Assembly (NCBI GenBank): GCA_021788675.1
Contig: JAJYKI010000001.1
Span: 1 to 28,841 of the forward strand
Length of the DNA: 28,841 nucleotides
Reading direction: 5' to 3'
Source of the DNA: a bacterium
GTDB taxonomy: Bacteria > Patescibacteriota > Saccharimonadia > Saccharimonadales > UBA4665
A program made the position numbers and the translations under genes. Of this stretch, positions 8,050 to 16,547 are shown piece after piece. Under the pieces are notes generated by a model. That model saw only the letters and a list, made by a program, of their open reading frames with translations, was not told the DNA's origin and made no database searches. The stretch's first letter is position 1. Every line of letters begins with the position of its first letter.

Positions 8050-8943
8050 ATGTTAGGGCTAAACGCCAAAAGATACGCCAAAGCATACGTCTATTTATTA
8101 GTGTCTTTATCTTTATCTTTTGGTCTTGAAGCCCACTCAATTGCAATAGGGTCGCAGCAAAATCCGCAATCTGGCACTATGGGTTTACAGGCGACTATAC
8201 CCAGTCCGCCACCATCCCAGTCCGCCACCATTACCGTTCCGAGTAGTGGACAGTCATTTACTTCTTTGCCCATAACAGTAAGCGGCTTATGCCCTAGCAA
8301 TCTTCTCATCAAGGTTTTGGACAATAACATATTTGTTGGATCGGCGCTGTGTTCTGGCGGCAGCTACAGCCTAAAAATATTTTTATTTAACGGTCTAAAT
8401 GATCTAATCGCGCAAGATTACGATAACCTTGGTCAATCAGGGCCAATATCCAATAAGGTAAGCGTCACCTTTAATGGTGGTCAAAACTTTCTTACGGGAT
8501 CAAGAGTTACTCTTACAAGTCAGTATGCTGAGTTAGGTGCTAATCCTGGTCAAACAATCAACTGGCCGATTGTAATTAGCGGTGGGGTGCCTCCTTATGC
8601 ACTAAGCGTGGATTGGGGAGACGGCCAGCCCGCTAAGTTGCAGGCGGTTGCAAATTCAGGTACTGCTACGATTTCACATGTCTATAATACTTCCGGAGTA
8701 TACACGGTCACTGTTACCGCTACTGACAGTAAGGGCGCGACGGCCTTTTTGCAGCTTGTAGGAGTCGGCAATGGCCAAATCAACAAGACCAATAACACTA
8801 AAAAAGTTCAGACGACAACATCCAGCGCATCTACTTCTTTGCCTTGGTGGGTATTGGCTCTATTCTCGGCTTTTATGGTTGTTGCGTTTTGGTTGGGTAA
8901 TCGACACGGTAAAGTTGTCTTGCTTAAAAAGTATAACCGTTAA
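8050..8943 (+). CDS. Surface protein with Ig-like and PKD domains and C-terminal TM anchor
   Basis: Signal peptide; Ig-like ITVSGLCP...LC...Y-L...GLNDLIA; PKD motif VDWGDG...HVYNTSGVYTVTVTATDSKG; Thr/Ser linker; TM and basic tail. Confidence 0.7.
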   Translation: MLGLNAKRYAKAYVYLLVSLSLSFGLEAHSIAIGSQQNPQSGTMGLQATIPSPPPSQSATITVPSSGQSFTSLPITVSGLCPSNLLIKVLDNNIFVGSALCSGGSYSLKIFLFNGLNDLIAQDYDNLGQSGPISNKVSVTFNGGQNFLTGSRVTLTSQYAELGANPGQTINWPIVISGGVPPYALSVDWGDGQPAKLQAVANSGTATISHVYNTSGVYTVTVTATDSKGATAFLQLVGVGNGQINKTNNTKKVQTTTSSASTSLPWWVLALFSAFMVVAFWLGNRHGKVVLLKKYNR

Positions 8944-8978
8944 TCATGTCCAGTCCGTATCGCGAAGGTGTATTGCAT

Positions 8979-9006
8979 TTGCGATTAAGAAGTTAATCTG
9001 TATAAT
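8979..9006 (+). promoter_or_regulatory. rpsA-infB promoter
   Basis: TTGCGA(8979-8984), 16 bp, perfect TATAAT(9001-9006). Confidence 0.65.
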
Positions 9007-9022
9007 GTAGGTTAATCTTTAG

Positions 9023-9070
9023 GGGTTAGTTGCTAATAGTTGCTTTAAGAAGCGATTTTACACTGAACCC
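9023..9070 (+). promoter_or_regulatory. Structured 5' leader of rpsA (candidate cis-regulatory RNA)
   Basis: Outer helix GGGTTAGT(9023-9030)/ACTGAACCC(9062-9070) enclosing hairpin AGTTGCTT(9038-9045)-TAAG-AAGCGATT(9050-9057). Confidence 0.45.
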
Positions 9071-9103
9071 ACGAGAAATACATCATAAAGGAGGCATTTA
9101 TAA

Positions 9104-10198
9104 ATGCCAAAATCTACTACATTAACTATGGACGAGCTATTAGCTCAAAGCGACTTGGAGGCCCTTAAGGCCGGCGACGTCGTTGAAGGTAAGATCACGT
9201 CCATTAAAAAGCATGAGATCTGGATTGATTTGGGCGCTAAGGGTGTCGGCGTTGTTTTGCGCCGCGAAATCGGTCACGGTCAGGCGCTGGAAGTCGGTCA
9301 AGACGTTACGGTTAGCGTAATTGATCCTGAGCTTGACGAGGGGCACTCCTTGCTTAGCATGCGTCGCGCGGTCAAGGATAAGGGATGGGAAGAGCTAGAG
9401 CGAATATTCTCTGAGCAGGAAATCGTTGAAATCGTACCTTACGACGCAAACAGGGGCGGACTATTGGTCGAGCTGGAAGGCATCAGGGGCTTTTTACCTG
9501 TCAGTCAGCTGGCAGCCGGTCATTATCCACGGGTTAGCGGGGCTGACAAGGATGAAATCTTACAAAAGCTTAATGCTTTGACGAACGTTGGTTTAAGGGT
9601 CAGAATCCTGGATGTCAGTCGTAAGGACAACAAGCTGATATTTTCTGAAAAAGAGGCCGTTAAAGACGATATGGCCGCCCGATTTGCCGACCTTAAAGTC
9701 GGTGATGTCGTCGAAGGTGTGGTCACCGGAGTTATTGACTTCGGAGCTTTCGTGAATGTCGATGGCATCGAAGGGCTGATCCATATATCTGAGATATCCT
9801 GGGAGAGGGTGGATAACCCACGCAACTACGTCAAAGTCGGCCAGAACGTCAAAGCTAAGATCATTTCAATCGACAAAGACAGGTTGTCTTTGAGTCTTAA
9901 GCAAATGACCGAGGATCCATGGCTGAGTGAAGTCAAGGCCTTTAATAAGGGCGATACGGTTGAAGGTAAGATTACCAGGATTACTCCTTTCGGAGCCTTC
10001 GTTCAATTGAGTCCAAGCGTTGAAGCTTTGGTGCATGTTTCAGAGATGAGTGACGACGAAGGTGTTGATCCGGAGAAGTTATTCCAGCTTAATGAAAAGA
10101 AAGAATTTAAAGTCCTGGATATAGATACCGAAAATCGCAAGATTGCCTTGTCGCTCAAGAAAAAGCCGGCTAAAAAAGCCAAAGAAACCAAAGAGTAG
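9104..10198 (+). CDS. rpsA: 30S ribosomal protein S1 (four S1 domains)
   Basis: Repeated S1 motifs GDVVEG...FGAFV...GLIHISEISW and GDTVEGKITRITPFGAFV...LVHVSEM; SD AAGGAGG 9088-9094. Confidence 0.95.
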   Translation: MPKSTTLTMDELLAQSDLEALKAGDVVEGKITSIKKHEIWIDLGAKGVGVVLRREIGHGQALEVGQDVTVSVIDPELDEGHSLLSMRRAVKDKGWEELERIFSEQEIVEIVPYDANRGGLLVELEGIRGFLPVSQLAAGHYPRVSGADKDEILQKLNALTNVGLRVRILDVSRKDNKLIFSEKEAVKDDMAARFADLKVGDVVEGVVTGVIDFGAFVNVDGIEGLIHISEISWERVDNPRNYVKVGQNVKAKIISIDKDRLSLSLKQMTEDPWLSEVKAFNKGDTVEGKITRITPFGAFVQLSPSVEALVHVSEMSDDEGVDPEKLFQLNEKKEFKVLDIDTENRKIALSLKKKPAKKAKETKE

Positions 10199-10248
10199 AA
10201 TGAACTAGTCAAATTTAGGCCGTTAAGGCAGAAAGGAGCGCTACCGGT

Positions 10249-12009
10249 ATGGCAACCACGATAGAAGTAGAAGACACAATTACCGTCGGCGCACTGGCCG
10301 AACGGTTGATGCTGCCTGTTTCCAAGCTTATTACCGAGCTTATGAAGAATGGCATTATGGCGACAGTTAATGAGCGGATTGATTTTGACACCGCTCAAAT
10401 AATCATCCAGGAACTTGGTTTGGACGTCGAGTTAAAGACTGCGAGTAAAAAAGAGGTTGAAACAAACGAGCACCGCAAGCCTGTAGCCAGCGACAAGGCG
10501 GTTTCAAGGCCTCCGGTGGTTGCGGTTATGGGTCATGTCGATCATGGCAAGACAAGCCTATTAGACGCCATTAGACAGGCTAATGTGGCCAAGGCTGAAG
10601 CTGGAGGTATTACCCAGCATATTTCAGCGTACCAAATTGATCATAACGGCCGGAAAATAACTTTTTTGGATACTCCCGGACATGAGGCGTTTGCAGCTAT
10701 CAGGGAACACGGCGCACAATTAACAGATATTGTGATTCTAGTGGTTGCCGCTGATGACGGAGTTAAGCCTCAGACCATAGAGGCGATTCGCTATGCCCGC
10801 AAGGCTGGCGTAAAAATCGTTGTGGCCATTAACAAGATAGATAAAGAAGGGGCCGATGCCAACCGCATTAAACAGCAGCTAGCCGAGCAGAACCTGTTGG
10901 TTGAAGAGTGGGGTGGTGACACGGTAGTTCAAGAAGTTTCTGCTAAAACCGGACAAGGTATCAGCGAACTTCTCGATATGATTTTGCTGGTTTCGGACGT
11001 GGAAGAGCTCCGAGCCGACGTTGAGGTGCCGGCAAAAGGACTTATCATAGAGGCTCATGTTGAAACGGGCAGAGGCCCGGTGGCTAACGCATTAATTGAA
11101 TCTGGCGTATTAAAGCCCGGTCAGTTTATCGTCGCCGGCTCTACTTATGCCAAAGTTCGTAACCTGGAAGATTCTCTTGGCCGGGCAATTAAGCAGGCCG
11201 GTCCGTCAACGCCGGTGTCTATAACCGGGTTTAAAACTCTGCCTGAATTTGGTGATGAATTTAATGCCGTAGCCAGTGAGCGAGCCGCCAGAAGCGAGGC
11301 CGAATCCAATGCCAGTCAGAAACATCTTGCTACTAACAGGGGGGTTACTAGCAGCGAACTCCTAAGAATTATTAATCGGAGCAATGAAGTAAAGGAATTG
11401 AATGTCATTATAAAAGCCGATGTCCAGGGGTCATTAACTTCCGTAATTGATAGCCTGAAGTCGCTTGATACGGAAGAGGTGTCCGTTCGAGTTGTCGGGT
11501 CGGGTGTGGGCTCTTTAACCGAGAACGACTTAAGATTAAGCAAGACTGCCGGGGCAACGATTTACGGCTTCAACGTTCAAGCTCCGAGCGCCATCCGCCA
11601 GCAGGCTTCCAGGGACAGGATTGAACTTCACATGTATAACGTCATATATGAGCTAATTGATGATGTTAAACAGTCACTTGAAAAACTACTATCGCCGGAA
11701 GTTGTCCTTAATGATATAGGCACGCTTATAGTTAAGGGAATATTCAATACTACAAAATCAAGCGTTATTTGTGGCGGTGAGGTTAGTAAAGGTCACTTAG
11801 TCGTGCCGGCCAAAGCCAGGGTCCTAAGAGACAAAAAACAAATCGCTGAGGTTGAGGTTGTTGGACTGAAGCGCGGCCCGACTGATGTTAAGGAAGTGCT
11901 GGAAGGCGAGATGTGCGGCGTCAGTCTGACTACGTCCTCAAGGCTTGAATTGCAGATTGATGATCGTCTCGAAATGTATACCGAAGAGGTAATGGAGCGT
12001 CATTTGTAA
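10249..12009 (+). CDS. infB: Translation initiation factor IF-2 (short form, 586 aa)
   Basis: [51 protein letters not shown]. Confidence 0.97.
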   Translation: MATTIEVEDTITVGALAERLMLPVSKLITELMKNGIMATVNERIDFDTAQIIIQELGLDVELKTASKKEVETNEHRKPVASDKAVSRPPVVAVMGHVDHGKTSLLDAIRQANVAKAEAGGITQHISAYQIDHNGRKITFLDTPGHEAFAAIREHGAQLTDIVILVVAADDGVKPQTIEAIRYARKAGVKIVVAINKIDKEGADANRIKQQLAEQNLLVEEWGGDTVVQEVSAKTGQGISELLDMILLVSDVEELRADVEVPAKGLIIEAHVETGRGPVANALIESGVLKPGQFIVAGSTYAKVRNLEDSLGRAIKQAGPSTPVSITGFKTLPEFGDEFNAVASERAARSEAESNASQKHLATNRGVTSSELLRIINRSNEVKELNVIIKADVQGSLTSVIDSLKSLDTEEVSVRVVGSGVGSLTENDLRLSKTAGATIYGFNVQAPSAIRQQASRDRIELHMYNVIYELIDDVKQSLEKLLSPEVVLNDIGTLIVKGIFNTTKSSVICGGEVSKGHLVVPAKARVLRDKKQIAEVEVVGLKRGPTDVKEVLEGEMCGVSLTTSSRLELQIDDRLEMYTEEVMERHL

Positions 12010-12033
12010 GCTTGTGTCTCAGAGTGATACAAT
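12004..12033 (+). promoter_or_regulatory. Promoter for DUF5663-like gene
   Basis: TTGTAA(12004-12009), 18 bp, extended -10 TG-A-TACAAT(12025-12033). Confidence 0.55.
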
Positions 12034-12064
12034 TTAGTCAGATTAATAATATACGGGTAAAAAA

Positions 12065-12421
12065 ATGGCAATAAATCTGGATCGAAATCTTTTAGATGAA
12101 CTTGGGTTGGGCAGCTTACCGGAAGAAGAGAAGGGTGGCTTGCTAAATCACATATATGAAACGTTAGAGATGCGCGTTGGCATGCGTTTGGCTGACCAAA
12201 TGACCAATGAACAGCTTGATGAATTTGAGAAGTATTTTGAGGCTAAAGATGACGCCGGTGCGTTTAAATGGCTGGAAACCAACTTTCCTAATTACAAAGA
12301 TATAGTCCAAGATGAATTCAATAAACTGAAAGAAGAAGTTAAGTTGTCGGCTCCGCAGATATTGCAAGCCTCAGCACCCGCTGCCACTGACGCCCCGGCC
12401 GAGCCTCCAGCGCAGTCCTAG
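12065..12421 (+). CDS. DUF5663-like CPR-associated small helical protein
   Basis: LGLGSLPEEEK...LEMRVGMRL...QLDEF...WLETNFPNYKDIVQDEF resembles the CPR DUF5663 pattern (recalled, not searched); Ala/Pro tail. Confidence 0.65.
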   Translation: MAINLDRNLLDELGLGSLPEEEKGGLLNHIYETLEMRVGMRLADQMTNEQLDEFEKYFEAKDDAGAFKWLETNFPNYKDIVQDEFNKLKEEVKLSAPQILQASAPAATDAPAEPPAQS

Positions 12422-13347
12422 AGTTTATGGCCCCTGAGATATTCGGCACCAGACATCTCTTTGCCTCCCGGCTGAATCAGCTTGTCTATTACTAGAATCC
12501 CTGAACCGGTTTCAATACCAAAACCGCCAGAATTAGTTTTTTGTATCCGACCCGGGTTGTGGGTCTGGACTGAGTTGTCGGCGTGAGCTTGGGTTATGAT
12601 AACCGGCTGGCCGGCTATATTCGTCCGGCTTCTTGGCCAGCCGTAAAATGCTCGAATCTCACGGGACAGAAGCTCGGCTGTTTTAGTTAATTCCAGGTTG
12701 GCGTCGGATTGGCTGATCTTGTGGTCGTAAGTCGCCGAACTGTCATCCTGCGGTTCTGGCTTAAGTTGGCCGCTAATGATTGCCGGCAATAAATCAATCA
12801 GCCGCTGGGCGCCTATTTCGCCTAGACGATCGGCTAAGTACTGTTTATCTTCATTGCCGGAGAGTTCTACAATGACCTGGTCAAAGACGGGTCCCGCATC
12901 CATGGCGGCAACCAATTTCATCAAGCTGACACCCGTCAGGCTATCATTATTTAATATGGCCGATTCGACAGGGGTAGGTCCGCGGTGCTTGGGTAGCAGC
13001 GAGGGGTGAAGATTGACGATCCCGGCCGGAAATATGTCAATGATTGCTTGAGGCACGATTTTTCCGTATGCCGCCAGTATGCCGATTGTGGCTCCGAATT
13101 GTTTTAGGACGGCGACCTCGTTAGTTAGGCTACCGATTTCCAACAAGGGTATATCGTGGCTCCTTGCGAATTCCGCGACTTCGTTTTGTCTTTGTTTTCT
13201 AGAGCGATTGTCTTTTTGTGGTGTCGTCACAATGGCTGCAATTTCATAGCCGGAGCTGACCAGGCTACTTAGTAGCGGAGTTTTGGTAGTTACTCCCGTG
13301 GCCAGGCGTTCATTGCCAAAGAATAGGATCTTTTTTGACTGCATCAT
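12418..13347 (-). CDS. fmt: Methionyl-tRNA formyltransferase
   Basis: AAYGKIVP, NLHPSLLPKHRGPTP, MDAGPV, EIRAFYGWP; N-terminus overlaps def 3' end. Confidence 0.95.
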   Translation of the reverse strand: MMQSKKILFFGNERLATGVTTKTPLLSSLVSSGYEIAAIVTTPQKDNRSRKQRQNEVAEFARSHDIPLLEIGSLTNEVAVLKQFGATIGILAAYGKIVPQAIIDIFPAGIVNLHPSLLPKHRGPTPVESAILNNDSLTGVSLMKLVAAMDAGPVFDQVIVELSGNEDKQYLADRLGEIGAQRLIDLLPAIISGQLKPEPQDDSSATYDHKISQSDANLELTKTAELLSREIRAFYGWPRSRTNIAGQPVIITQAHADNSVQTHNPGRIQKTNSGGFGIETGSGILVIDKLIQPGGKEMSGAEYLRGHKL

Positions 13348-13888
13348 AGTCCAGTTTAGCTAATTTACCGTCTTGTTTCAGCTTATAGAAAGCATCGGCA
13401 TCATCTTTGATGTGATCAATAAATACGATACCGTTGGTGTGATCGATTTCGTGCTGGAAGATGCGGGCCAAGAAGCCTTCGGCGCTGACGCGAAACGGTT
13501 TGCCATCAAGACCCAGTGACTTGACTCTTACTTTGGAGTAGCGTTTGACCTTGCCGTATATGTTAGGCACGCTTAAACAGCCCTCATAGTCCTCTAAGAC
13601 GTCGCCTTCCAGCTTAGTTATCTCCGGGTTTATGAAGACCGTAAAAGACTTATCTTCCTTATCGTCGTAATTATTGCGGACGACAATTATTCTATACAAG
13701 CTATCGATTTGGACGGCGGCCAAAGCTACGCCGACCTCATGGTCTCTTGACGCATCCCAGCTTAAGGTCGCATCAATCATATTCTGGGCAATATCTCTTA
13801 TCTTGTCGGTTATAATACCGACGCGAGTAGATTTTTGCCTTAGGTGAGGATTGGGCAGGGTTATGATGTCGTCTTTCGTGTAAGCCAT
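13310..13888 (-). CDS. def: Peptide deformylase
   Basis: GVALAAVQI (motif 1 variant), EGCLSVP, QHEIDHTNG. Confidence 0.95.
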   Translation of the reverse strand: MAYTKDDIITLPNPHLRQKSTRVGIITDKIRDIAQNMIDATLSWDASRDHEVGVALAAVQIDSLYRIIVVRNNYDDKEDKSFTVFINPEITKLEGDVLEDYEGCLSVPNIYGKVKRYSKVRVKSLGLDGKPFRVSAEGFLARIFQHEIDHTNGIVFIDHIKDDADAFYKLKQDGKLAKLDYDAVKKDPILWQ

Positions 13889-13900
13889 ATTGTTGGTAGT

Positions 13901-13909
13901 AGTATAACA
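13901..13909 (-). promoter_or_regulatory. Extended -10 promoter for def-fmt
   Basis: Minus-strand TG-T-TATACT, 12 nt before def ATG, no SD. Confidence 0.5.
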
Positions 13910-13920
13910 GATTGAACAAG

Positions 13921-15849
13921 TTAGATTAGATCGATTGGATCAATGTCATATGACCATCCGGCCGGCAAGTCGGTGATTATTGCTAGCAACTGGCTTCTTT
14001 GCCTGGCTTTTACGATCAGCTGCCAGCGGTATTTGCCGGCTTGCTTTTCGTGGAAAGCCGGTGCCGGCCCGTCAATGGCAAGGTTGTCCGGCAATGAATC
14101 GGCTAACTGTTTAGCGGACCGTTCGGCATTTTTTGAATTAGCGCGCTGGACCGTCAATTTAAGCAGGTGAGCGAATGGCGGGAAATTATATGACTGACGT
14201 TCCTGAAGCTCGGCGTTATAAAAATGCTCCCAGTTGTCGTTGAGTGCATCAACGATCGTCTGATTGCCGGGCTGATAAGTTTGCACGATGGCAGTGCCGT
14301 CAACATGTCCGCGTCCAACCCTGCCAATGACCTGCTGGATTAGCTGGTAAGTCCGTTCGTTGGCTGTATAGTCGGGAATTTGCAGGGATGTGTCCGCCAT
14401 TAAAACCCCGACTACGCTTAATTTGGGCAAATCGAACCCCTTGGCCAGCATTTGGGTACCGATAATTATGTCGACATCACCGTTTTTAACACTTTCATAC
14501 TGCTGGTCAATACGCTCGGCCTTTAAATTGTCGGCATCAAAACGTTGGACTTTAGCTTGCGGAAACAAGCGATTGACTTCGTCGACGACAGCCTTAGTGC
14601 CGATACTTATGTATTTAACGGTTGGTTGCTTGCATTGTGGGCAAGAAACCGGTGCGGTCATTATGAAGCCACAGTTGTGGCATCTTAGGCTGTGATTGTC
14701 GCCGTGGTAAGTGAGCGGCAGGTCGCATTTCGGGCAGCGGGCTTGCCAGTCGCAGGTTTCACAGACCACGACTCGGGCGGTACCCCGGCGATTTAAATAG
14801 AGCAGGGACTGCAAGCCGTCACTTAAAGCTTTATCGATTGCCGTGATTAGCGGTTTGGATAGATATTGTGAGCGGTCGAATAGGGTTCGGTCCTTATTGT
14901 CGACTATTTGTTTGTTTAGTTTTGGCGGGTTTTGGTTGCTGGCAAGAGTGGACAAGCGAATTATGTTCTTGTTGAGCTGATCGGCCATATAGTAGTCGCT
15001 TATAAGGGGAGTTGCCGACCCGAGGACTAGTTTGGCGTCACAGAGGCTGCGCGCCTTGGATGCCACCCTGAGCGTCAAATAATACGGCGCCTGCTCTTGT
15101 TTATAGGCCGGTTCGTGCTCTTCGTCGATGACGATAAGGCCAATCCTTTTCAGCGGACTAAACAAAGCCGAACGCGGCCCGATTACGATTAGCGGTTGAT
15201 TGCTTGTTAGGATTTGCACCCAGCGATTTAATCGTTGCTTTTGGGTCAAGGTGGAGTGCAGGACGACGACCCGGTTGCCGAAAACGCTTTTGAACTGGTT
15301 TTCAAGTTGTCCGGTCAGGCTGATTTCAGGGGTTAATAGAATGGTTGAACGACCGGTCTTCAGGGCATCTTTGGCAAGCTCCATATAGAGGCGGGTTTTG
15401 CCGCTACCGGTTCTACCGTGTACCAGATAGGTGTCATTACTGTCTTTTATGGTTTTATATGCCAAGCTTTGGTCTTGATTTAATTCGGGTAAAGACGAGT
15501 AATCTGAATCGACCGACTTTTCTTCTTGGCCAATGATCTTGGCTTTAGCGATATCTGCAGGCAGAAACTGCTGGGTTATGGTGCCGACGCTTGACGGGTA
15601 GTAGGCCTTCAGCCAGAACATCAGATCCAAGCTGTGTTTCGGCAGACGCGGCAAATCAGGAATCGAGACTATTTCTTTGGTAGCCATAGCGGGCTTGTTT
15701 ACTTGCTTAACGATGATTCCGCTGACGGTTTCACTGCGCAGCGGTATCGTTACGATCCGCCCGATATCCAGTTTGGTGGGATGGCTATAGGTCAGGCCGC
15801 CGTTACCGTGATAACGGCTGCTCCTGACCCAGACCTCGTAATAATTCAT
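13921..15849 (-). CDS. priA: Primosomal protein N' (replication restart helicase)
   Basis: Walker A GRTGSGKT, DEEH, four CxxC pairs, GTQMLAKGFD, QVIGRVGR; ATG at 15849 preferred over the TTG at 15867, which overlaps the -10 region. Confidence 0.95.
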   Translation of the reverse strand: MNYYEVWVRSSRYHGNGGLTYSHPTKLDIGRIVTIPLRSETVSGIIVKQVNKPAMATKEIVSIPDLPRLPKHSLDLMFWLKAYYPSSVGTITQQFLPADIAKAKIIGQEEKSVDSDYSSLPELNQDQSLAYKTIKDSNDTYLVHGRTGSGKTRLYMELAKDALKTGRSTILLTPEISLTGQLENQFKSVFGNRVVVLHSTLTQKQRLNRWVQILTSNQPLIVIGPRSALFSPLKRIGLIVIDEEHEPAYKQEQAPYYLTLRVASKARSLCDAKLVLGSATPLISDYYMADQLNKNIIRLSTLASNQNPPKLNKQIVDNKDRTLFDRSQYLSKPLITAIDKALSDGLQSLLYLNRRGTARVVVCETCDWQARCPKCDLPLTYHGDNHSLRCHNCGFIMTAPVSCPQCKQPTVKYISIGTKAVVDEVNRLFPQAKVQRFDADNLKAERIDQQYESVKNGDVDIIIGTQMLAKGFDLPKLSVVGVLMADTSLQIPDYTANERTYQLIQQVIGRVGRGHVDGTAIVQTYQPGNQTIVDALNDNWEHFYNAELQERQSYNFPPFAHLLKLTVQRANSKNAERSAKQLADSLPDNLAIDGPAPAFHEKQAGKYRWQLIVKARQRSQLLAIITDLPAGWSYDIDPIDLI

Positions 15850-15855
15850 ACTTGA

Positions 15856-15861
15856 ATTATA
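15856..15861 (-). promoter_or_regulatory. -10 box of probable leaderless priA transcript
   Basis: Minus-strand TATAAT 6 nt before ATG 15849; no clear -35. Confidence 0.55.
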
Positions 15862-15911
15862 TTGCAAGTGCGGCTTTATGGTGTCACAATCTAAATTGAA
15901 CGTTAATTGGC

Positions 15912-15941
15912 TTGAAACTGACGGCTTGAATAAGCTATACT
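15912..15941 (+). promoter_or_regulatory. Promoter for wHTH gene
   Basis: TTGAAA(15912-15917), 18 bp, TATACT(15936-15941); overlaps GGCTTGAA direct repeat. Confidence 0.5.
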
Positions 15942-15975
15942 AAAGTCACGTTGTTCTAATGACAATAGGGAGATT

Positions 15976-16257
15976 ATGTTAGACGTATTTATCACATCCC
16001 GGGTTCGGCGCAAGATAATTGTTATCTATGCCAAGTATCCTGATTTCAAGACTCACGTGCGTGGTCTTGCCAAGCTGATCAAGGAAGATGCAGGCAATAT
16101 CCAACGCGAACTCAAGCGCTTGGAAAAAGTCGGTTTTTTGACAAGTGAAAAACAGGGTAATACAAAGGTTTATTCGACTAACAAACAATTCCCGATATTC
16201 AAAGAATTGCAAAGCATTGTTCTAAAAAGCCAGCGCACTCCGCAAAAACGCGCATAA
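15976..16257 (+). CDS. Stand-alone winged helix-turn-helix (ArsR-like) protein
   Basis: SRVRRKII...HVRGLAKLIKEDAGNIQRELKRLEKVGFLTSEKQGNTKVY is a typical wHTH; GGGAG SD. Confidence 0.75.
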   Translation: MLDVFITSRVRRKIIVIYAKYPDFKTHVRGLAKLIKEDAGNIQRELKRLEKVGFLTSEKQGNTKVYSTNKQFPIFKELQSIVLKSQRTPQKRA

Positions 16258-16288
16258 CGCTTGACTGATTTTGTCCGGATACAGAATG

Positions 16289-16317
16289 TTGCCAATTTTC
16301 ATCTCTTGAGGTAAACT
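16289..16317 (+). promoter_or_regulatory. Promoter of probable leaderless rpsU transcript
   Basis: TTGCCA(16289-16294), 17 bp, TAAACT(16312-16317); ATG 7 nt later. Confidence 0.6.
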
Positions 16318-16324
16318 GTAGGGC

Positions 16325-16540
16325 ATGATACAGGTGACACGCAAAGATACCAAAGAATCGCTTGAAAATATGCTTCGGAGATTCAACCGTAAGGTTCAGC
16401 AGTCTGGCAACCTAGCCGTTGTTAAGCAAGGCCAATATTTTGAAAAACCGATTAGCAAACGCGAACGAAGATTAAAGGCTATTGTTCGTCAAGAACGCAA
16501 GCTTAACAAGATCAAGCGAATTAAACTCGGGCAAAGATAA
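16325..16540 (+). CDS. rpsU: 30S ribosomal protein S21
   Basis: ESLENMLRRFNRKVQQSG...YFEKPISKRERR; upstream of yqeY as is typical. Confidence 0.9.
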   Translation: MIQVTRKDTKESLENMLRRFNRKVQQSGNLAVVKQGQYFEKPISKRERRLKAIVRQERKLNKIKRIKLGQR

Positions 16541-16547
16541 GTAGGCT

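Noticed and set aside
8838-8860. Sortase signal in the Ig+PKD protein
   Set aside because: Sequence is SLPWWV, not LPxTG; better read as the start of a TM anchor
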